Shown piece by piece: positions 57,770 to 64,000 of a stretch of DNA of 64,000 nucleotides. Numbering within the stretch: position 1 is the stretch's first letter; each line of letters begins with the position of its first letter. The position numbers were made by a program, and so were the translations under genes. A model generated the notes under the pieces. It was given only the letters and a program-made list of their open reading frames with translations, made no database searches and was not told the DNA's origin. This stretch comes from Tetramitus jugosus (lineage: Eukaryota > Protista > Heterolobosea): assembly GCA_937625935.1 (NCBI GenBank), contig OW569364.1, positions 62,001 through 126,000 on the forward strand. The letters run 5' to 3'.

Positions 57770-58522
57770 ATGAGTTTTTTGACACCCAAAGTTGTCCAAC
57801 GTCTCTCCAAAGAAATTGCCGATTTGCACAAGAATCCAATTGAAGGGATCACTCTCAGTCAAAATTTGGATGACTTGAGTGAGATTCAAGCCACGATTAC
57901 CGGTCCAACAGGAACACCCTATGAAGGAGGTCTTTTCACGATCAAACTTGTTTTGAGTGAAGAATTTCCCGCTAAACCGCCAAAAGGTTACTTTACAACA
58001 AAAATTTTCCATCCTAATGTCGCGAGAGAGGGCGATATTTGTGTGAATACGTTGAAGAGAGACTGGGTTTCCTCATTGGGTTTGAGACATGTGTTTCTTG
58101 TCATTCGGTGCCTCATGATTGAACCGAATCCCGATAGTGCACTGAATGCAGACGCAGGAAGGTTGATTCAAGACAATTTTGAAGCTTTCTCAGAGAAGGC
58201 CAGAATGTTTACGAGTATCCATGCGAGATCTGCTCCTTCACCTGCCAATACCTTGTGTCCAACTCCTCAAAAGTCGTCCGGTTCACAGACAGATAATAAG
58301 ACGCTATCTCCGACGGGCAGTCCCTCTGAAGTACTCTTTACAACAGAGGATTCAAGTAAGGAGAACATTAATGTGAACAATTTAGCTTCGACTTCCATGC
58401 AATCTGTCAAGAAAACAACGACAGGTCTGAAGGCGAGTGCACTATTAACCAAAAAATCCGCAGTCACGAAGGTAAATGCGAAGAATGATGCCGCTAAAAA
58501 GAAGGCATTGAACAGACTCTAA
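57770..58522 (+). CDS. UBE2S: Ubiquitin-conjugating enzyme E2 S
   Basis: PPKGYFTTKIFHPNV...GDICVNTLKRDW, PNPDSALN, basic tail KKKALNRL. Confidence 0.92.
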   Translation: MSFLTPKVVQRLSKEIADLHKNPIEGITLSQNLDDLSEIQATITGPTGTPYEGGLFTIKLVLSEEFPAKPPKGYFTTKIFHPNVAREGDICVNTLKRDWVSSLGLRHVFLVIRCLMIEPNPDSALNADAGRLIQDNFEAFSEKARMFTSIHARSAPSPANTLCPTPQKSSGSQTDNKTLSPTGSPSEVLFTTEDSSKENINVNNLASTSMQSVKKTTTGLKASALLTKKSAVTKVNAKNDAAKKKALNRL

Positions 58523-58609
58523 GCGAGGCGTATAATAGCGTGCTCAATTAAATTACTACGACAAAGTAGAAAAGTGTATAGAAACAAAGTTTATTGTATT
58601 CAAGTACTG

Positions 58610-61600
58610 TTAGTTGTATTTTAACTTTCCAACATCTTGCAATTCGTTGACCATTTGTTTGACATGCATGTACTGAGCATACTCGGGAGAAACACTGAAT
58701 CTGGTGTACGTGTCGCATATATTGACCAACACTTCATTGGACACTACCAAGAAAATCTCTTCACAATCCGTTGCGGTCGGGTCACTCCTATTCAACACAT
58801 CTCTATACTTTTTGACAACCTTCGCAGGCAGATTACATTCGAAAGGACTGCCTCTTGCAATACAGTCATCGTACAGCCCTATCAAGTGTTGTTGTCGAGT
58901 TTCCAATGTCGCTGTCATATTGTCCATTCTGACTTTCTCCAAGCGTTTCCAGAGGATAACATTCTCCAAGGCAAACTCCTTCTTGGCGTACGATGCAATT
59001 GCATTGTACCCATGTTCATCTCTCAGAAGATTTTGCAATTCCGATTCGATCGTGCTGGTGGCTGTTTTTAACTCACTCATGTAAGTTTTCAGTTTCTCAT
59101 AATTCTCATTTTCGTTATGCAATCTAATTCTTTGGATGAAATGTACGATGACAGGTGTACCACCAAACGCCATAATTCTCAATGAGATGTACAAAATGTC
59201 GAATAGGAACTCAATTATTTTTGCTGCAGAATTAGACGAGGCATTAGCATCGAAGCGGTCAGAGATTCCAATAATATATGAAACTGTCATGATCATCATC
59301 GCTGATACCATGAATATTGATTCAACTCTAAACATTAATGGATCATCCGATCTAAAATGATTCACCACAGTTGATGTAATCTTTTGCAAAAACTTGAAGT
59401 CTGCATTACCCTCTGAATTCTTTTTCAGCTCTCTTCTAATAATTTTCCTGCTCATGATAATTGTACAGTCCCAAACAAATGTAGCGACTATCAGTGCTCC
59501 AATAGACAGAGACATGATAGAGAAGGAGAGAGCATTCACTGCAGAGGCAGCATTTGGCTTGATCACATTCGTTGCTTCCAATATAGAGATAATGACAAAA
59601 TATGAACATGAGGAAATCAATATTGCTGCTCCAATCGTGACATAGAGTAACTTTGATGAGAGAATTCTGAGGAATCTTATCTTCTTTACATTTCGCTTGT
59701 CTAGATCCATGATGGCATACAAGTTTTTCAAGAAAAAGTAGCGCAGCATCTGCCAAAAGTAGATAAATAATGACAACAATACGATCGGGTTCACAATTGT
59801 TAGAATGAGGTAAGCAATGCTATTAACTCCCTTATAGTCTTTAGCATTGTTTGCAGCTATCAACAGAGAGTTTCGTATGATGCCATTTAAAATACATTCG
59901 AGGATAATTGCTGTTAATCCAATATAAGGAGCAAGGAAGCGAGATCTGATTGGCTGCTTTCCTCTCCAAATCATTATCATACAAAGTAAAGCAATAGATA
60001 TCAGTACAAGCATAACGTTGATTATAATACTAGTGATATAGAGTCCGTCAGATGCCTTGTTTGGAGCACTCGAGTCGTAGATTATCATAGCACTGAAGCT
60101 TGTTGTGTGAGTGCAGTGACAAGTAACACTATCATCATCTTCTTTATGAAGCCAACATCCCTGTGTGTACCATGATGAATTGGTATTCTCATCTAAAAAT
60201 CGACATTCATACTTAAGTGATGAATTAAAGTATTGAGTCTCTTTTTTCAATATAATTTCTAACGGATACTCCATGTCAGACAACTTGACCTTTCTGTCTC
60301 CATTTTTGATTTCAAAGTCTACTATTGCTGTGCTGAAGTTTTGATATGTTAGTACATAAGGATTATGTCGTTGATTGTAACTGATTGATTGAACAGTGTA
60401 TACTTGTTGGGGATCCAATGTTCCCACATTAGCAGGCATTGAGACTTCTACCTCGTTAGTATAAATTGAAGCACCACCAATGAGTGAGCCACTCTCCTTT
60501 TTCACTGATAATTGATAGGCAGCAGTGGCGATACTTGTTTGATTTTCTGAAACTAGCTTTGTGCTGGCAATCAATGTTGAGATCTTGGATATTGTGGAGA
60601 GTATTGGATTAACTGTGTGAAGAGGTTCAGCTTGATACTGCACGAACAAATTTGAAATTGCTCTGGCTAAGGATTTCGTCGGTGAGTCTCTTAGTTCAAC
60701 CTTTCCTCGTGTGCATAATCCAATGACCTTATCAACTAGTAAATGGGTATTCTTTGTGATATTTGACGTATTATCGTCCAGCTGTAATTCAGATAGAATC
60801 TCCATAGTATCTATCTTACTTGTAAGAGAATCAATGGTGATGAGTGTATTATTTAGAGTTTCTTCGTCCAATGTTGAATCCATGAATTCAATCACTTTCT
60901 CCACAATAGCAGATTGATTCTTCACCTGAATCCTGTTCAATGATGTCGCAATGATCGGCAGTAAGTTACTTGAGGACTGATCCTTGAGTTTTGATAATAA
61001 GTTAATGAGTGAGCTCGATGTATTATTTGATTCAATTAGACTGATATTGAATTGGGTTACTGATTCAATTCCATAGAAATTGGCGACCAAACCTTGGATT
61101 GTTATACAACTGGAATTTAAATAGGGTAAAACCGTATAAATTGTTGGGATATTAGAAGATTGCTGTAGAGGTATAAATCTCTGGCGCAATGTGTCAAAGT
61201 AGGAAAATGAATATTGCAAGGGGTAGGAGTCGATATGATCAGTTGCATTGATGCTCAACTCAAATTGAGTGTCCAGAGCAGCACCGACACATGGAGAACA
61301 TGTTGCAAATCGTATTGTGGAAGCAGTCGCAGTTCGTGCAGTCACTGAAGCCTCTCCATATTGTGTTAAGTTCTTATAGTTCACTCGCAGAATGAACGAA
61401 TAGCTGCAATTTGGCTCTAGATAATTTTCGTCTAATACCAGCGGTACAACTTGATACGCGTCACCGTACACTGTTAGTTGGCTCTTCGTATCATTATTCT
61501 TCATTACGAGCCATTTGTATCCCAGCAAGTGATTAATTCGATTTTTTGAGACTGTGGCTTCTATTCGGATCCTCTTTCTTGGGTCGATCACACTTGATAA

Positions 61601-64000
61601 GGACGTAATTATTTGAGGAATAGGAATATCCTCGTTCTCATCTATTACAGTAATTATGACTTGAGCACTTGCAAAACGAGAGGGATCCTGGAAATCAGGA
61701 GCAAACATTACAACGATCACATATGTACCGATAGATTCGTTGAACAAGAATAATGAGCCAGAGGGATTCATATTGTTGCAGGACTGACAATACCAAGTGA
61801 ATCGTGGAATAGTACCATTTTTGACTACCAGATCACGACTTTCAGCTGCACTAATGTTGTAGGTTTTGTGGGCATACACCATTCGATTTCCACCAGAGAT
61901 CACCGCTTGAGGCAACACTGGGATAGTCGTAACATTAATGAATACATTTGCGGAGCTTGGACCTACTGTCAGAGTTATTTCAGAATATCCAGACTGAACG
62001 GGTATAAATTCTATTCTCTGAAAGTTTTGTAATGTGGAGTAGTTCTTGCCACTAAACGACCATATTCTATACTCATCATCGGCACACGTTGGCAGATTTT
62101 GAACTCTCGCAATGAATGAATAAGGTTCGAACTGTCTTACTACAATATGCGGATCTTCAATGAGTATATTGGTGTTATCAAGCAGCAAATCTGGCATTTG
62201 GAAAGATGCATGTGCTATTCCAACTTTCCTTGCATTGTGAAATACTTCTACCTCAATAATCGAAGGTAAACGACCCATAAATCTAGCCGGCAGGGATATG
62301 TTCGCTGTATTGAGAGTTGACAAATAGGAAATCACACTCGATTTCATATCAGCTATTTCATGCATTGACCATGTATAAGTAAAATCTCCCTCAAAACCTG
62401 CTATTGTTGCAGTAAAAGTTGCATCTTCACAGTATTTTGTTGGTTGTATGATTACAATAGTGACTGTGACAGTTTTGTTGCATGATGATCCTGCAAATCC
62501 TTCGTTACAAACGCAAATATCGCTACCTAAACATGTTCCATTCCCAGAGCATACAAGAGGATCACTCACACTCCTACCAAAACATTGGCCACACATCATG
62601 TCCTCTCTAGTAGTATTGTTGGGTTGAAGTTTTAACAAGGTAATGGAAAGAGGTCGATAAGAGCCAAATTGTATGCCATCGAGATAAAGTCCATTTAAAT
62701 TCCACGATTGAGGATCGTGACAATTACTGAACCACCATCCAGATTCTTGTGAAATTGCACAATTAAGAGCGGCGACACTTGAATAATTATCGTACGTGCT
62801 GAAGGGCACTCCCATTTGCGATATCTCTGGTCCCATTTGAACTGTCAGAGGATAGTTTTGTGTAGAAGAACCAACTTGCATTTGTCCAACATATGATGAT
62901 AGTTCGATGTCAGATCCCCAAATATCCAAACTAGCTTGTTGTGAAGAATTTGCTAATAGGTTCAGATTTTCAAGACCAATGAAAAAGTCACCATCCAGTT
63001 CACCAAAACCATTGACATAATCCGTCCATGGCTTGTTAAAATCGACGGTCCCATGTATTCTCTTCTGAATAACGAGAGATGCAGCGGTCATATCACAATA
63101 GACGAGCATCGACTTACAATACGGATAAATTCGATAAACCCCAGAAGGAGAGCTTGGCCATAAATCGAGAATACTTTTACAGTCAATCAACTCACTAGCT
63201 TCTGTAATGTTAAAGAATTGAACTTCCACTACTGAACCGGTCGAATTAAGATAGGGAGCATAGAGTACTGTTATGTTTCGGGTGATATCCGCGCCATTGC
63301 CAGTCATTTGGCTTACAATTGAAGACATTGATGCTCCCCAGTCATTGTACTGAGCATTCAACACTGAGTGACCATTATACACAATACTCTTGTTAGTAAA
63401 TTGAAACCTATTACGATTGACTCTCACTTGCCCTGAAATCCTTAATAGACTGTCAAACCCTGTCGAATGGTTGTCAGTAAAATTGTTCCCTCTAAAGTCA
63501 GATAGCGAACATATCTCTGGGAATACGAGAGAAACGAACACGTCTGATACTATATTATCAATGAAAGTATTACCAATGATAGACATTGGACCTGTGCAGT
63601 AAACAGGACTTTCGAGAGAGAGAAGTGAAGAAGCAGTCATATTTTGAAAAATATTCCCTCGAATCGTCAAGATCCCTTCTCCCTTCTTGTTCACTCTCAC
63701 CGGACCTGAACATCCTTGAAATGAATTGGCTCCTATCGATAAAGTCCAACCTGTTCCTGATTCACTTGTGGTGTTGAGAGGCTCTTGTAAATTAAAAAAC
63801 ATATTGCTTGATACACTGACAGCTACAGAAGCTACATCTACCTGGACGCCCTGTGATGGTCCTGCGAATGAATTACCATCGATCAAGAGCGTTCTCCCAG
63901 ACTTCATGACTATATTCATGATCTGAGTTCCATTCGTTTCAAATATATTGGTGCTAATAAGAGAGGATGCTGTTGGTACTAGGTCGGTTGTAGATAAGGA
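58610..64000 (-). CDS. Large receptor: beta-helix, fibrinogen-C, EGF, REJ/PKD, GAIN/GPS, multi-TM and C-terminal RGS (5' end outside window)
   Basis: VYCDM...IQKR...GWWFSNC fibrinogen; CSGNGTC EGF; WYTQGC...TCHCTHTTSFSA GPS; KKEFALENVILW...DTYTRF RGS; frame open to 64000. Confidence 0.9.
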   Translation of the reverse strand, partial: SLSTTDLVPTASSLISTNIFETNGTQIMNIVMKSGRTLLIDGNSFAGPSQGVQVDVASVAVSVSSNMFFNLQEPLNTTSESGTGWTLSIGANSFQGCSGPVRVNKKGEGILTIRGNIFQNMTASSLLSLESPVYCTGPMSIIGNTFIDNIVSDVFVSLVFPEICSLSDFRGNNFTDNHSTGFDSLLRISGQVRVNRNRFQFTNKSIVYNGHSVLNAQYNDWGASMSSIVSQMTGNGADITRNITVLYAPYLNSTGSVVEVQFFNITEASELIDCKSILDLWPSSPSGVYRIYPYCKSMLVYCDMTAASLVIQKRIHGTVDFNKPWTDYVNGFGELDGDFFIGLENLNLLANSSQQASLDIWGSDIELSSYVGQMQVGSSTQNYPLTVQMGPEISQMGVPFSTYDNYSSVAALNCAISQESGWWFSNCHDPQSWNLNGLYLDGIQFGSYRPLSITLLKLQPNNTTREDMMCGQCFGRSVSDPLVCSGNGTCLGSDICVCNEGFAGSSCNKTVTVTIVIIQPTKYCEDATFTATIAGFEGDFTYTWSMHEIADMKSSVISYLSTLNTANISLPARFMGRLPSIIEVEVFHNARKVGIAHASFQMPDLLLDNTNILIEDPHIVVRQFEPYSFIARVQNLPTCADDEYRIWSFSGKNYSTLQNFQRIEFIPVQSGYSEITLTVGPSSANVFINVTTIPVLPQAVISGGNRMVYAHKTYNISAAESRDLVVKNGTIPRFTWYCQSCNNMNPSGSLFLFNESIGTYVIVVMFAPDFQDPSRFASAQVIITVIDENEDIPIPQIITSLSSVIDPRKRIRIEATVSKNRINHLLGYKWLVMKNNDTKSQLTVYGDAYQVVPLVLDENYLEPNCSYSFILRVNYKNLTQYGEASVTARTATASTIRFATCSPCVGAALDTQFELSINATDHIDSYPLQYSFSYFDTLRQRFIPLQQSSNIPTIYTVLPYLNSSCITIQGLVANFYGIESVTQFNISLIESNNTSSSLINLLSKLKDQSSSNLLPIIATSLNRIQVKNQSAIVEKVIEFMDSTLDEETLNNTLITIDSLTSKIDTMEILSELQLDDNTSNITKNTHLLVDKVIGLCTRGKVELRDSPTKSLARAISNLFVQYQAEPLHTVNPILSTISKISTLIASTKLVSENQTSIATAAYQLSVKKESGSLIGGASIYTNEVEVSMPANVGTLDPQQVYTVQSISYNQRHNPYVLTYQNFSTAIVDFEIKNGDRKVKLSDMEYPLEIILKKETQYFNSSLKYECRFLDENTNSSWYTQGCWLHKEDDDSVTCHCTHTTSFSAMIIYDSSAPNKASDGLYITSIIINVMLVLISIALLCMIMIWRGKQPIRSRFLAPYIGLTAIILECILNGIIRNSLLIAANNAKDYKGVNSIAYLILTIVNPIVLLSLFIYFWQMLRYFFLKNLYAIMDLDKRNVKKIRFLRILSSKLLYVTIGAAILISSCSYFVIISILEATNVIKPNAASAVNALSFSIMSLSIGALIVATFVWDCTIIMSRKIIRRELKKNSEGNADFKFLQKITSTVVNHFRSDDPLMFRVESIFMVSAMMIMTVSYIIGISDRFDANASSNSAAKIIEFLFDILYISLRIMAFGGTPVIVHFIQRIRLHNENENYEKLKTYMSELKTATSTIESELQNLLRDEHGYNAIASYAKKEFALENVILWKRLEKVRMDNMTATLETRQQHLIGLYDDCIARGSPFECNLPAKVVKKYRDVLNRSDPTATDCEEIFLVVSNEVLVNICDTYTRFSVSPEYAQYMHVKQMVNELQDVGKLKYN

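Overview
Gene-dense eukaryotic protist DNA with GT-AG introns. It is probably a heterolobosean amoeba (Naegleria/Acrasis-like): there is an Nfa1-type hemerythrin and a GAIN/GPS-7TM-RGS receptor, but this taxonomy is inference. About 25 host genes are present: two E2 enzymes, condensin CAP-H, PHB depolymerase, UNC93-like MFS, malectin-PA14-IPT paralogs, GH19 lysozyme/chitinase, nucleoredoxin, RBM5/10, MVD, ABCD4, GCDH, a RasGAP and others, plus a dispersed 5S rRNA gene and a MetRS pseudogene. Two decayed mobile islands interrupt the host genes. The first (~15.65-18.8 kb) holds Mutator-like transposase and Ulp1 protease remnants next to a 5'-truncated malectin paralog. The second (~49.1-57.5 kb) is an endogenous virus/Polinton-like element with a broken D5/SF3 helicase, a broken rve integrase, a GIY-YIG-like remnant and a second, diverged D5 remnant on the opposite strand. 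Its centre has a ~630-bp nested inverted-repeat region, an iterated AATAACGAATAAC motif and one long intact ORF. That ORF has a HEPN-type RNxxAH motif and a mitochondrial-presequence-like N-terminus, lies behind a 36-bp palindrome and is bracketed by direct repeats. This cassette is the best candidate for an undescribed system. All family assignments are by eye from motifs; no database searches were run.
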